A stretch of 64,000 bases of DNA. Origin: Eledone cirrhosa. Its lineage: Eukaryota. Both the position numbers and the translations under genes were made by a program. Location of the stretch: assembly GCA_964016885.1 (NCBI GenBank), contig OZ024750.1:21328001-21392000 (forward strand), read 5' to 3'. The notes under the pieces were generated by a model. The model made no database searches. It was not told the DNA's origin and saw only the letters and a program-made list of their open reading frames with translations. Every line of letters begins with the position of its first letter. Within the stretch, counting starts at the first letter, position 1. Shown one piece after another: positions 36,446-53,136 of this stretch.

Positions 36446-38229
36446 CATTAGTAGAGACATTTGAAAAAAAAAAAGAAACTAATTCTATGTTCACAATACT
36501 CGTAGCTAACATTTGAATGAAAAGTGATTTATCTTATATAATTTAAACAGTATATTACTGGGACTTGTTTTATTAGCCCCAAGTAGTATGTAAAGAGTAA
36601 AATCATTTAATTTATAGTCCATGTGAACGTTTCAATTTGCTTCATGGGAGAAACCATATTTAACAGTTTTGTCACGTAAGAGCATACTAAGACGTTGCTA
36701 TTATATTAAATACTTAATGGAATGAAATCCTATACTTTATTCTCCCACCATTGTCGAAATCCGTGGAGTTTCCTTTCTGCATTTAGAATACATATATGTC
36801 AGATGTGATGAAATGCTTTTATGTCAATATCTTTCATCCATTATATGGAAGAATTAAACTGAAGAACGGACGAAATATTCTTCAATAAATATCAAACAAA
36901 TGGTTTACGATTTCATCAAAAGACTCCTAGTAGCATTAGTAAACTAAGTAGATTTGGATTTCACAGACGGTAGCGAATTGTCACGATATGATTTCTGACG
37001 ATGGATTCACAGAATATTAAAATGTACAATAAAATACCGCGCAATATTTAATCCTGCTCTCTGGAATTTGAATTCAAATCCCACCGAGGTCAGTTTTCAC
37101 TCACATTATTTTGGGATCGATAACATATAGAACCACTCCTAGCCAGTGGATTGGCTTAATTCTTAGAATATCGAGGGCAGTGTTTTCTAGTGTATATTTA
37201 GATCTTTATCGGTGGTAAACTTAATCCTTCAACTGCTTTATTACTACTGCCTAACCACTCTGCCGCAAGCCTTCCGCTCTGGTCAAGTTTCTAGTCTGAG
37301 ATTACTTTCCTCACCCCACCCCCACCCCACAGTCTCTGAAATCCTAAATGGATTATACATATTGCAGCCTTTTCCCTTCCTCACCAGTAAAAATAAAGTT
37401 GCTTGCCACATCCACAATTTGGCACTAAGGAAGAACCTCAAATGTCGTAACCTCATTTTACTTATTGACGAAACGAGTAGTTATTTAAATTCCATCGAAT
37501 TCATGTAGGACAATAACTGGATTTTAACCAAATGAAACCAATGAATATTTGAAGTGTCTTTCGGTAGAATAATTGATGAGATTTCAATGACAACTTCAGA
37601 ATTGTATACAGTTCATATTGGAGAAATTGCAAAATATTTATAATTCTGTATTCAAAGAATGTCATTTACATTTCTCAATTACAATAGTATTTTAAAATTA
37701 AATTCGTTCCTAATTAATTGAGTTCATATGTATAACTAATTAAATAGATAATACCTCTTTGTGTAACAATTGGTTCCACTGATTCATCATTCAATTTGCT
37801 TGAACTATGCGCAATCAATTTTATCATTCGGCTAATATAACTAAAAATGACAACGGTGAACATTACTCTATATAGATATTGATGAGAGATGTTTCATATA
37901 TGAAATATACATTGCACTTTCTCATTCATTCTTAACTATTCATACGTAAAATGCTCATGCAACGTCGATTACAACATACACGTGATTTACTTTGTTAACC
38001 ACCACTAGCTGCGGATATTGTGCTCAAGCACATGTCCGTTTGAATTGGGAAATTCCACAGGATTTTGCGAGAGTCCCACTCAACCCTTTCTGGGCTTTGT
38101 GGTCGTTTTATGTCTCAACTTTCTCTAACCACCACTTTTCATACAGTTTAGAATACAGAACTTTTCTCACCTCACCATGTCTCCAAATCTCATAATGGTT
38201 TTGAGCAGGTCTAGAACTAGAACATTATG

Positions 38230-40270
38230 TTACATAATGGGTAAACTGTTTACATACTCGGCACAACAATGATTCTTGCTCATTTCTAAGCCTGACGCTC
38301 CAATGTATGGCCAAAGCTTAGTCTTGCGCTGCAAGTATAGTACACACAGTCTCACGCCAGTATAGAAAATGTCTATCTTCTTCTTGATTTGTTTTCCTCT
38401 TCTTCCCTGTTTTAATATGCCCTCCTCTCTTACCACTTGCAAGATTTCCTCCCTTTCAGCCACTTCTCGTATTCAATATGCACACAGTCTTCCTCACTTA
38501 TCAGTCACCTTCCTCCATTTGCCTCTGCATGTATAGACGATCAGTGTCTGCACGTGGATGATGGGCCCCATTCGTATTAATAAGCTTTCTTGTCTTCCTG
38601 CCCATCTTTTTATCGCAACCTCAGCCCACTTCAAAATTATACGTCCGTACTGAAACCACTGCATCTGCGAACAAATCTATTACCGAAATTATGTTACCGG
38701 CATTCAACTTTAAATCCAGTATCTTTCTCAACCGTCGCAGATATTCCTTCGCTGTCTTAGCTTTCATATGATTATAATTAATTCTATCTGCTATAAGTAT
38801 TCCCAGCTATTTACATCCGGGTTCAGATTCAATTACCTTCACTATTTCATCACTCGAAATACTTATAATTTCAGTTCTTACAAATTTTATTCTTCTCATC
38901 AATAACACAGAACATTTTGAAAGTCTTATTTCCATCTTGAAATCATTTGAGAAAATCCGCACAGAATGGACTAGGCTGTCTAATTCTACTTCATTTGTTT
39001 GCAAATATCTTCAAATCATCCATAAATAGGTGATTGAGCTTTCCTTTACTACATCCCATATCATACCCCAACTTTGTTTTCCACAATATTTTACTCAATG
39101 GAAACATTTCCAGTACAAAGATCCATGGGGATACACTGTTCCCCTGGAGGATTCCTCTTCTTATTTTAAATTCTCCTAACACATGATTCCCTGCAATCAA
39201 TTCAGTGCTCCAGCATATCATTCTGTTCCATACAAGGCTTCAGATATTTTTGCTACTCCATTCATTTCCATAGATCTTGTTATCCATGTGTGTTGTGTCA
39301 TTAATGCCTTATGATAATAAATCCATGTCTTGCTGAAATTGTGTACCTCCTGTTGTAGTTTCTAATGATTAGCTTGTAAATAAATAATTGATCTTTTGTT
39401 CACAGACTACTTTTTCGAAACCTCTTCCATGTTCTAGTCATTCATAGAATTCATCGTTCAGAACACCTATCAGATTGTTCTACGTAGCTGAAAGGCAGGT
39501 TATTGGTCGAAAATTGGATACATTGTTACCTTTCTCAATTTCCCTAACACTTAACAATCTCTTTCACTTTGGGAATAAACCTTCTTGAAAGCATCTATAC
39601 AGCTGCTGTGCAATCATTTCATAGATCCTTCTCAGCGCCTTCATCTAGTATCCATGGACACCGTCCAGCGGTTGGCTCTTTTACTTATCTGACTTTTTTA
39701 TCTTTTCTGTATTTATTTGTATGTTGAGTTGCATATTTCTTAATCTATCTCGGATTTGATGAAATCTCTCCACATTATCGTTATGTTGATCCCAGATTTC
39801 CCATTAAAAGCTATGCGTTTTTCTGCATCTGGTACCGATGTTTCCTAATTGCCTGTCTAAATTCTTCAAACAGATCTCTCTGATTAGCTTAAAACAATCT
39901 GTTCCGCCTACATAGTTTGCTCTATAGTCATATCTTTCCAATTTTCTCTTGATAACTACTATTCTTTTTTCAATTCTTCCAATACCACTTCATATCCTTT
40001 TTCTTATATTCTTTATGTTCTTTCCAGCCTTATTTTCGAGGTTTCATTCCGCAATCTTTCAAAGAGGTCGTAATTCCTACGTGTGTTATTTGTTTGTGTA
40101 TAGAACGCTCTTAACGGCAACCATTGTTGCAACTCTGTTAATAATATTCTTATTAATGTCAGTTATATCTCCTGTCTGACATAGGCCAAGGTCAGATTCT
40201 ATTCTTTTCGGTGTCTGCTTTTATGTTATGCCTATCTACATACCTCAGATTGGTAGATGCTTGAACCTGC
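38230..40270 (-). mobile_element. Decayed R4/Dong-clade non-LTR retrotransposon (RT region)
   Basis: PLDGVHGY, NFRPITCL, IRRGILQGNSVSPWIFV, KLNHLFMDDLKIF, ELDSLVHSVRIFSNDFKMEIRLSKCSVL, NGAHHPRADTDRLY; many stops and frameshifts; may extend to about 40830. Confidence 0.88.
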
Positions 40271-40834
40271 TTTTATGTAATATATCACCACACCATCCTC
40301 ACTATTTCTTGTGGATCATCATCATATCCTTACATTACAGCCATTTCTACTAATTCTGCTTCATTTGCTAAGAACACCTTAGCAAATATATCTTCACTGC
40401 TTCATTACATTTTTCTATCCACATTAGGCACGTTCTCTGCTGGTGCAATACTACCATTGTTTTCTCCATTCCTTTTTTCTTTCTTCAATTTTCATGACCG
40501 TTAACCACCCATCTGTTCTTATTGCTTTTGCACGACCGGTTAAACGTTGTTCCCTTATCTCAGAGAGTAACAAGGAGGAAGTACTTGACCACTTGACAGG
40601 TTGTCACTCTGGTGACTCAGAAGTTCCGAATATCCCAGTTTCTAAATCAGATACTTCCTTCTCCTGGACAGACAGTGAAGCAACGCTAATGAGATCCCTC
40701 TCCCCGTTTATGAATATTCTTTAACTCAACTGAATTTCGCTGCCCATTACCTCGTTTGATTTTTCATCTAGCAGGGTGTGTAAATATCAACCTTCTCACC
40801 AAGCAAGCTTGATGGGGTTGCCGGTTTAGTCGCG

Positions 40835-41185
40835 GCATATAGCTACTGCCCTTTTCATTCGGAGTTCAAATCCCGTCGAGGTTAGCTTTGCCTTTCATCC
40901 TTACGGGTTCGATAAAATAAAGTACTAGTCACGCACTAGGGTCGATTTAATCCCCTAAAATTGCTGGCTTTGTGCCTATAGTAGAAGCCATTATTATTAT
41001 TAGGGGATTGGCAATATCGGTAGAGGGTCGGACGCCATGCTTTGCAGCAAAGTATTACGGCCCTTTATGGTCTGAGTTCAAATTGCCTTTCATCCTTACG
41101 GCGTCGATAAAATAAAGTACCAGTAATGCACTGGGATAATTGCTGGCCTTGTGCCAAAAGTAGAAACAATTATTATTATTATTAT
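40835..41185 (+). mobile_element. Two head-to-tail SINE copies (first 5'-truncated, second internally deleted after the B box)
   Basis: Family body twice, with (TTA)n linker and tail. Confidence 0.85.
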
Positions 41186-42198
41186 ATTCATTTTTTTAGA
41201 TCTTGATTATTATTGGATTTGAGTCCATGACTAACGTTCGGTTACCGCCACCAGTCTGTGAATAACCCAATGTTCTTGATACCCCTGCCTTCTACTACTG
41301 CTCATCTGTCACGAATATTACCAAAACGTCATCAGCGTTCCTCTTTGCTTCCGGTATCTAAACAAAACTGAAATTTACAGCTCATACTTAATATACATCA
41401 ACTGATCTCATTCGACATTACGTCTCAATAAGATGATTTTCAGGCGTTTCAATGATAAAGAAGCCATCGTATTGTTAAACACATTAAATGAAGCAGGCAT
41501 AAAGCGTCATTAAAGCGCCAGGCTAAGGAACCTAACACACCGTCAGGTCTATGAGCCAGGAACTCAAACCACTGAGCCATGCAACTTCAATCTTTATAAT
41601 ATCTACTCGTGCCTTTCACCTCTACACACCTCAATTCTTTAATAATGTTTCTTCCCTTAATACATTTCTAATACACAATCATAAATATAAAACAATGTAT
41701 GTACACACCTTTAACACTAAAAATGATTATTGGTTTCGGAACTGCCTATAATTTTAGTATATGTAAACAATACACTTTCGAACAAGTCATATCTTAGAAA
41801 CAGGGTTGTTATGGAGTCATACAGAAATCCATTCCAATGTATACAGCACGCATATATATATATATATATAAACAATATTTGACATTTAATGTATAAAGCA
41901 AGATTATCATATACATAGATTTAATTACATTCTTAAAATGTTGTAGTATTTTGTAAAACAAAACAATTTTTTTTTTGTCATTATTTTATTTCAAAATGTC
42001 TTCCGTTTTGCTTGTAATATCCTAATGTTTGCCAGGATCTCCTTGTACTATGATAAAGAGTTTACACAGGCTGATAAATTTCTAAATCAACATGTCTATA
42101 TCTGAAATCCCGATAATTTTAATTTGTACAGTTATATCTATATACATATTTTAAACACTCATTTACTCTCTTTCCTTCTTTGCCCTTTCTCCCTCTCG

Positions 42199-42199
<1 letters not shown>

Positions 42200-42264
<65 letters not shown>

Positions 42265-42678
42265 TATATATATATATATATATACACTATATATATTTAT
42301 AAACACTATATATATATATTTATATACACTATATATATATTTATATACACTATATATATATTTATATACACTATATATATATTAATATACACTATATATA
42401 TATACACACTATATATATATACATTATATATATATATATATATACACTATATATATATATATATATATATATACACTATATATATATATATATACACTAT
42501 ATATATATATATATACACTATATATATACACTATATATATATATACACTATATATATATGTATACACTATATATATATATACACTATATATGTGAATATA
42601 TATATATATATACACTATATATGTGAATATATATATATATACACTATATATGTGAATATATATATACACTATATATGG

Positions 42679-42734
<56 letters not shown>

Positions 42735-42772
42735 TATATATGTGAATATATATATATATACACTATATATGG

Positions 42773-42844
<72 letters not shown>

Positions 42845-43149
42845 TATATATGTGAATATATATATATATACACTATATATCGGAATATATATATATATAC
42901 ACTATATATTGTGAATATATATATATATACACTATATATTGTGAATATATATATATATACACTATATATTGTGAATATATATATATATACACTATATATT
43001 GTGAATATATATATATATACACTATATATTGTGAATATATATATATATACACTATATATTGTGAATATATATATATATACACTATATATTGTGAATATAT
43101 ATATATATACACTATATATGTGACTATATATATATATACACTATATATG

Positions 43150-43207
<58 letters not shown>

Positions 43208-43366
43208 ATGTGTGAATATATATATATATATATATAGTAATAATAATAAATTTGAAGACTAAAATCCAAAGAGGGCTCGATGAGTTTCAGAAGGTCCCGT
43301 TAAGGGTGAAAGCAGCGATTCTTTGCTTAAACTTTAATCTGTTGTTTTAATAAATAAATATATGTG

Positions 43367-43427
<61 letters not shown>

Positions 43428-43513
43428 TATATGTGTGAATGTATATATGTATATATATATATACATACACTACATGTGTGAATATATATATAAACACTAT
43501 ATGTGTGAATATA

Positions 43514-43572
<59 letters not shown>

Positions 43573-43580
43573 TATATATG

Positions 43581-43615
<35 letters not shown>

Positions 43616-43694
43616 TATATATGTGAATATATATATATATATATATACACTATATATGTGAATATATATATATATATATACACTATATATGTGA

Positions 43695-43725
<31 letters not shown>

Positions 43726-43778
43726 CACTATATATGTGAATATATATATATGTGAATATATATACACTATATATGTGA

Positions 43779-43809
<31 letters not shown>

Positions 43810-43859
43810 CACTATATATGTGAATATATGTATATATATATATATACACACTATATATG

Positions 43860-43914
<55 letters not shown>

Positions 43915-43922
43915 TATATATG

Positions 43923-44006
<84 letters not shown>

Positions 44007-44017
44007 TATATATGTGA

Positions 44018-44095
<78 letters not shown>

Positions 44096-44120
44096 TATAT
44101 ATGTGAATATATATATATAT
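42200..44120. repeat. (TA)n-derived minisatellite with cactatatatgtgaa core, including a perfect 30-bp sub-array at about 42890-43110
   Basis: actatatattgtgaatatatatatatatac repeated about 7 times; variable (TA)n spacers elsewhere. Confidence 0.95.
43235..43360 (+). repeat. Dispersed (TA)n-associated repeat (same family as 21074 and 63298)
   Basis: Shared sequence at both ends; different internal deletion. Confidence 0.85.
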
Positions 44121-45495
44121 TATTTATCATAATTTTAATAATTGTGACTGTTTACCACAACGAGAATTCGAAGTAAACAGCCACCATGAATAATGCATAT
44201 TATTCTGATGCTATAGATAGTATTCAAACTCTTCATGTACGTGTGTATGTATGTATGTACGAATGTAAGGGATAGTTTCTTCTCTGTGATTTACTTTCTA
44301 GTTTGTACTCATGCACAGTGCGTTTTCATCTGTGTGCAGGAATCAATTTATTATATAAGAATGCACATTTATATCTATTTGCTTATGTAAGCACGTATCA
44401 AGCTGAACCTCTACTGTATTTGTAATTATTCATATGTATATTGATAGATGATGCTTTCTATGTTTAGTTTTGTGTATTTCTAACTTAACAACTGAACAAT
44501 TTATGTGTGTACATATGTGCGTGTGTCAGTGGGCATATAAGAATAGTATGGAAAAGAAAAATGTATATATGTGTATATATTTCTCTGTGTGTGTGTGTGT
44601 GTTTCAGTGAACACATATCTTCTTGGGAATGGTATGTATGTAGCAATTGGCATTACATATATATATATATATATATTTGTATGTATGCGTAAGCATGCTA
44701 TGTGTATGTGCACGTGTGTGCGTCTATGTGTGTTTGTCAATGGGCAAATACCTTCATGAGAATCTCATGTATTTGAAAATGGACAATGCATATATATGTA
44801 CTTGCATATGTGTGCGTGCTTTGAGGATTGTGTGTCTTAGGGAAATCATATTTTCGTAAAAATACGATTCATATGAAAACCAACAATATATATCTATGTA
44901 TGTGCTTGAATGAGTCATATATCGTTGTAAGAATACCATGTATATAAAAATCTAGATTGCTATCTAAAGCAAATTTATTTACTGCTTCATTATTGATCAA
45001 GAATATTTAAAAATAATATATATATGTAAAAGAAATCGATTGTTGATCAAAATGTAAACGCAAGTATTGATTAACGAGCTAAAACGACCAAAAAATACAT
45101 CTTCAATTTCTTTATCGCATCTTTTTGTTTAATTAATTTTGTTGATTCCAAAGGGATAATGTACGTTATGTGGGTAAACCACGTCAGCATGTGGGCGAAT
45201 CATATTCCAATGGTTAATAAGTTTGTTTTACAATCTATAGGTCTTGGATTCCATTCCACTCTGTAGCCCATTGAGGAAGTGTCATTGCCCATAGACACGG
45301 ATAGTGCCATGCCTTGCTAGTGGCACTATATATATATATATATATATATATAATAGAATAATTGAAAGTGGATAAATCCGGTCTTGTTTCCGCAAGCTGT
45401 GTAACGTTAATCATGTCAAATATTGCAAGTAGTCACAAAAAATAGGGTGCAATACATATATATATGCGTGTGTGTGTGTATTTATAGCATACAAT

Positions 45496-45526
<31 letters not shown>

Positions 45527-46407
45527 ATATATCATCATCATCAATTTGAGAAACGTCTGATAGTAAACATGTAGATTTTATTTAATTTGTTTATGCCTTG
45601 ATGATCAGAGCTAAATATATATATATGCGGAACTATTTGTTTAGTAATACGTTCACTCTTAGCATACTTGTGAATGAACATGACAATATATGACATTTCT
45701 GGGACTTTCAATTACATGTATAATTCTACTAATGTGCCGCCACACAGCTTCCGTCTACTTAAATTCACTCAAATTCTTGTTCGAGCTGAAGCTTTAGATA
45801 AGCCAACGTACCCACGATATTACGCACAGTGATCGATCCTCGGACCTCATGATGGAAAAATGTACTCTTTACCCACTCAGCCAGAAGTATACTTGTATGA
45901 TAACTGCTGAACACGAAATATAAATATACAAAGGAAACTAACCCACACCCTTTCTCTCTGCTAGCTCAAGATTATATAACATCAAACACATGCTATTATG
46001 TCTTTAACTTTGCGTAAAATAATTATTTCTTATATTGATAACGGTGAACCTGATATCAGCTTATAAAGCATTTTGCCTGAACTCGCTGCTGATTTCATCA
46101 TCCAGTAACATAAGATATCTGCCGATAAAATATATTCGTAGCGAGAGAAAATAATTTCAGTTCTGAATTATTAGCGAATATAATCATAACCAGAAAAAAA
46201 GCAATCGGACTAACATCGAGTGAATTCGTATATAATAACGATAATTTCGATTGTTCATCGGTTTTGTAGACGCTAGTGTTTAGTGACTGCATTAATAGTA
46301 ATAAGATGATTTTAAATCAGAGTAATCGAGTGAATGGAGACAATAATTAGAGAGAAGGATATCTATCAATATCTATCAATCTATTTCTCTCCCCCCCCCC
46401 CCTCTCC

Positions 46408-47023
<616 letters not shown>

Positions 47024-47154
47024 TGGAAAGTTATATTTAAATTGTTGGGTTAACAACGAGTAAATATTTATAACTGATATAAAAGCACTCAACAAGTATT
47101 TGGAGTATATTTATGATATTAAATAAATGGAAACTATATTTATAAAACCATATC

Positions 47155-47220
47155 TATTTCATTATATATATTTCAGGGATATCATATTAACAATATGTTA
47201 TGCCTTCTTCAGACAAAATA
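47155..47220 (-). ncRNA. Minimal type I hammerhead, second copy of the family at 94-159
   Basis: Minus strand: tattttgt-CTGAAGA-agg..cct-GAAA-tatata-TA-atgaaata; surrounding 47115-47279 is the reverse complement of about 33-200. Confidence 0.75.
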
Positions 47221-47394
47221 CAATATAAACAGTCTTAAAAATAAATAGATACGACATACCTTTCAATCGACTTGCATTTATATATATATATACATATATA
47301 TATATATTTATATATATATATTTACATATATATATATATATATTTACATATATATATATACATATATATATATATATTTACATATACCTATATT

Positions 47395-47440
<46 letters not shown>

Positions 47441-47631
47441 GGGGGGGGTTATATATAGGTAGGTAGAATGAGAGGAGAGAATATGTAATAGATGCCAATC
47501 ATTACAAAATAGTGGTCATTCGGTATAAAATCATGAATGTCATTGTGACCTCGCAACAAAAGCACTCGCTTCTACGACAAATACAGAAGCTCATTTGTTA
47601 ATATTTGAATCCTTTAAAAGATTTATTTCTG

Positions 47632-47679
<48 letters not shown>

Positions 47680-48409
47680 CTTGTTGTTGTTTTTTTTTTT
47701 TGTAAAGTAATTTATTATCATCTGTTGGATGTCATATGTGTGATGTAATCTGTGGAATCTAATCTTTGTGAAGTAATTAGTGTGATGTAATGATGATGCT
47801 TTAGTATAGGCGATTTTAATCTGTGTTGTAGTATGTATGAATTAATCTATTCGCTGCACTATATGCAACTAAATTTGCGTTGTTAATTTTGTGATATACG
47901 ATATATATAATATGATAATTACATGTGTACTATATGCGATACAATGTAACTGATTGAAAATGTGTAATAGAATTCTGTAATGTACAGTAATAGAATTCTG
48001 TAATGTTCAGTTCTTTGAACGCATTTGCAAGCATTTAGTAAAATATGCATAATTATTTTAATTGAGAAAACATTGTCTTGAATTATCTTGAGACTATACT
48101 TAGTGCATCTACTTAAAGAATCCTCCGTTGTCATAGACGACTGCTTCAATACAAGTTATGAAACGTTACATGCCCGAGTCAGATGATCTTTATCTATTTT
48201 GGACATCTGCTAATTATAGCAAACTTCAGAGATTCAGGTCTAGAGAGCTAGATAATAATATGTCGTTGTTATGGAGATTTTAACCCATCTATTCTTGGGT
48301 AATCTTGACTTTATAACACTGCGCAGAATTTTTTGATATGTGTATGAATTTCCTTCATTCACGCTCTCCATCCAAAGCATCCCAACCCTTTGCATTATTG
48401 CATTATATT

Positions 48410-49100
48410 CAGCAGCATAAGTCCTGAGGGAAAAGCTGTTGGGGCATGAGACCTTCCTCCTTGCTCACGACTCTCATAACAGTTGCCGGGAACTCTCAGT
48501 GCATGATCGTTGGAAAGTTTTTAGGTTTCTACATAACCATCTGTCTTTCCTTCCTTCCGTTGAGCTTTTAGTCCTGATCAACGTATATCTCATGAGAAAC
48601 ACCAAACCATCTCAGGCTCTTAACACGTAATTATCTTCTGTGTTTGCAGGTATGAATTGGCCTCTCTGCCTCACATATGACTTGCATCGAATGTTCTCAT
48701 GATTTCTTTTCCAATAGCATGCCATGAAACATTGACTGTTTTGGATTTGCACCATAAACAAAGTTGAGTCTTCTGATGATATTTTACATTTGGTTACTGC
48801 TATATAATCACATGTACAACTTCCAAGAAGTGAGCAATCTCTACATCACTTTTAGGCAACGATTACAGCGTTCATTGTTATTTGCTGTGGTAGATTTATG
48901 TCTGTCATCATGTATCTGAACAGCAATGATAATCAGAACAAGTTAGAAGAAAGTTACAGCTTTTGGAAGCCATGTCCTCAAAGAACTGATCAACCATGTA
49001 GTTTGTGAGGTAACCTTTATGGTGTATCCAATGTGATACACCATGTGTAACGGATGTGGCGTAATTCATGTTATGCGACTTGCATGTGAACACATATGTG
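48410..49100 (-). mobile_element. Possible highly decayed RTE-like LINE 3' end
   Basis: Only a KSLRWFG remnant in plausible context; no continuous frame. Confidence 0.35.
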
Positions 49101-52100
49101 AGCCATTATGTGTTCCAGTTTAGGCTGGAAAGGTTATTTCTCTAGTTTTGAGACTTCTGATAAAAGGGGAAGAATCATTTCTGATCCTGTCAGTTTGAAT
49201 TACAGCGTGGATCACAGTTTAAGTACTGTTGACTTAATGTCGTCTACAGTTCAAAGACAGACGGACTACAAAGAGAATTGTTTCGATAGTTCCAACAGGG
49301 TTTTCGTGGATATTTATTTTTGTTTTTGTTTTTGTTTTTGTTTTGTTGTTTTTTTTCCGATTGTAGTGCGCAAAGTTGAAAGCAATGATATCTAGACAGA
49401 TTTAGTCGCTAAGTATAATTTATGTTCGTTAAACTCTCGTATTTTTTGCGTTTGGAAAATGGTTTGTAAGTGATAAAGATAACATGATTATGTGGTTACA
49501 ATATGTTTGTGAAATAAGAAATTGAATCCATTTTCTAAATCCTTTTATGTATATATGAACTTCTCGCTAAAATGTATTCTTCGCTAAAGATATGTCGAAG
49601 GGATCGCTTCTTTAGAATGAATCTATACGAGCATGAATTTGAAATTCTTCTCCTAATTCCGGCTAAGGTCTTGATCCTATATAACACAACACCTCATGTA
49701 TGTATGTATATTCAAAGGGCCGAGGTACTCAGTAGAGTCAACGGCCATCCAAATAGTGTTTTTCTTCACCTGGGACTGAAAGGCCGCCATTTATGTCACA
49801 ACAAATTTCTAGGAGAGGAAAACTCTGAAAATAACCTGCGGCTTCGGAAGTATCCGATGATGTTGACCAGTTCTCCTTTCCGGGTAGAGTTTTCTATGCT
49901 GAAAGAGTGGGTTTGGTCGAGCTCGAGGCCCTTCACCACTTTAAAAACCCTCAAAGCACAGACATTGCTTGTTCTGGTTATGTTAGAGGTTCGTGTGGCT
50001 GGCCTAGAAGTGTAGCATTTTCTATAATCTGACACGCGATTGCAATACTCTTAGCAGAGATTTCGGCCATCATGTATGTGCGTGTGTATGTGTCTTTATG
50101 TGTGTGTATGTCCATTTCTGGGTTTATCAATTTGGCGACGCAATTATGTCCCTAATGTGAAAGCATACTACAGTCATTCGACAAATTAAAGAAGAAAATC
50201 AAATATATACCAGAATGGTCCCAATCCTCTGAGTGAAGCAAGCAAAGGAACAGTCAAAAGAAACAACCAATGCCATCCTATTCACAAAGGTCAACTTAGG
50301 GTTACTGTAAACTTTCCAGAAATTTATTCATAAATATTTTCTATTTAAATTTTTCTTTTCATTTTCTTTCTTGATGTGTTTTCATTATAATTTTTCCCGT
50401 ACATTATGCAATCAGATTCAGGTTGACACAATATAATAATAAATTAGGTGATCTCAACAAATGTTCTCTAATTGTTATAATCGTTGTTACTTCCTTTTAA
50501 ACGGAATACACCGTTAATTGCCGAATTTATTGTATAGTTAATCACCTCGCCTAACCTCTTTCGGCTATACTCTGAATTAATTAATACTATATAAGAATGA
50601 ACAGTTATTACCCAAACACACCATTAGTTGCACGTATGTTTACCATATAGTAAGGAAAGCCGTTCATTTAATACAAAATTGGTAGATTAATTAATAGCTC
50701 ACCCAAACCTACAATTAATTTAATTTCCTTACAACCTTCGTTGATACACCAAGAATTTGCATTACTCAGGAAAATATTTTATTTATTACACTGTGTTTAT
50801 TTTTGTATGTTTTTCTTTTTTGGTTTGTTTTCCACAATCACCATAATGAATCTTAGTCGGTTTGAAATAAGCGAAAATCGATTTTATTTTGAGTTATAGT
50901 ATCCAATTTCTCATTTGGTGACCTTGTGAAGTAGGTCTTTGTATTGAATTTTCAATTACATTCTAGTAATGTATTTTAGGTGCCTAAATGACTGTAATGA
51001 TAGTGTAGCTGACAAGCTGCCGAAAGTGGACAGTGACTATAGTGCCACAAAGTCACACCGCTATGTTCAAAACGAAGACACTTAACTTGATTAAGATCAT
51101 ATTCGCTTAGCCAGACGTAGATAGCAAAACGAACGGCAGCTATTTCAAACAGCTGAATCGCATTTTATTAATTTGTAATGCTTTGTGATTTGTCACACAT
51201 TTTGGTCAGAATCAATGTTTCTCCCATTTCGATATTAATTCTTTGATTGTGGAATTGTGAGTTAAGCTCTGGTTAACTCTAGTCGAGTAGAAACATATCC
51301 GAAGTTCTCCTTGGCATGGCCTCCCTAGTGTGGAGTACTACTTTATATATTGAATCCTTCCTTCTCTAAGACGATAGAGTATTTATTTAAGAGAAATTTG
51401 GAAGCTAGTAATATCAGGTATTTATTGACAGAACACTTTGAAGGTCTCTCTCTGGGTTAATTATTAAGAGAGACTTGCTTGCACTGGTGAATGCTGGACT
51501 TCCGCAATGACCTTTCCTTGAAGGTGCAATTTTCTATGTCTGTAAACTTATTAGAGAATCAGAGACTCTGAACATATACCATTCATTCTCTGAAAATTCA
51601 ATAGCGCTTTACACTTCCATTTATTTATATTTATTTTCGAATTCGTGTTTGATGCGTCTACTGAGACAGATATCCCCAGTTCTATGCATCATCAGCTGTG
51701 CAGAACCGTATTGAAGTTTAACTTCGTTTCGATCAGTAGTATTTGTAAACTTTCCGAATGAAACCAATAGAAAATATAATAAATACATTGACGTATCTTT
51801 TTAACGTTGCTTTGCAGCAGCTTAGCTGAAGATTTACTTAAATCTCCTCTCAACAATGAATCTCCACATTGACAGAACGGATATTTGTAAAATTTAGAAA
51901 GAAGTTTCATACTTTTTTTATTCATCGGTTTATTTGATTTTATAATGTTCTGAAACTATATTTTCTTCTGGATGACTGATTCTATAAATAGCTTATACGA
52001 TAGAACTAAAGTATTATGCAGTGATGTCATATTCTCAATAGACGTGTTTCAGAGATTCAATAAATAAAAGTGTAAATACATAAAGAGAATATAGGCTTGA

Positions 52101-53084
52101 GTGACGTTCATAAAATAGTCAAAGGCATGAGTAGAGTTAGTGACACACTTACATTACAGAAAATAGGAATCGGGTCTGCTTTTTGTAGACTTATATAGAA
52201 TGGGCATGCGAGGCTTTCACCTAATTCTGTATTGTACAAAATACATTTTTAGACTTTTTTATCTTTATTTCCGCTTACTTCAGAGAATAGTCATGATGTC
52301 CTCTTTTTAAACCAATTACGCCCTAGGAGAGGACAGCAGGATGAATAAGGAGTATACTATATGATGCTCATAATGATTGATAGAAGATTCATTGCTTTTC
52401 CGGTGTTAGGAGTTAGGGTTTGAATGCATAACGCACACAGCTGGAAAATGTATCACAAAATATCCGGTCTAAAATCTTTTAACGATTTCGCGGTTCCACC
52501 AGCCATGGAGTGGTACTTTATTTTATCAAAACTGAACGAAACAAAGACAGCGTTTAGCACATTGGGAAAATACTGGGGCATTTAACCCGACACTCTAACA
52601 TATCTGGCAATCGCTGTGGTTTTTCCATTGGCCATATTATCTAATGGTCGCATCTCCTCACATATATAAAGCACGTTGCTCAAGGGCACCTTCACTAAAA
52701 TTGGAGCAGCCAGGTTTAAGATTTTTAGTAAACACCCTAAAGAATAGGTTATAAGTTATACAAACATCAATGTCATTGAATAAATTATTCTAAGGTTGGA
52801 TCGTATAGAACACGTGAAATTAAATGCAAAAATTAAAACACTTAAATCAAAACACTTAAATCAGACTCGGCTCCCATTAGCTACGATATATCGATGAATC
52901 TCCTTTACTACATACACACAGTAATTTAAATTTTCATTTCTAATTCACAATCTATAAATGTTGATCATGTCCTATTGGCACATATTGTATCAACTTCACT
53001 TGGGTTGAGGTGGAAGACACCGCATTCACTCAAACATAATATATATATATATATATATATACAATTATATATATGTGTGTGTGT

Positions 53085-53136
<52 letters not shown>

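Noticed and set aside
40770-40840. HDV-like ribozyme at the putative 5' end of the Dong element
   Set aside because: Could not assemble P1/P3/P1.1; the region is cut by a SINE
49572-50015. 147-aa ORF
   Set aside because: No recognisable domain or splice structure; probably an unclassified repeat
50980-51085. Possible terminal exon (CLNDCNDSVADKLPKVDSDYSATKSHRYVQNEDT*) after ttttag
   Set aside because: Weak acceptor, no recognisable homology and no partner exons
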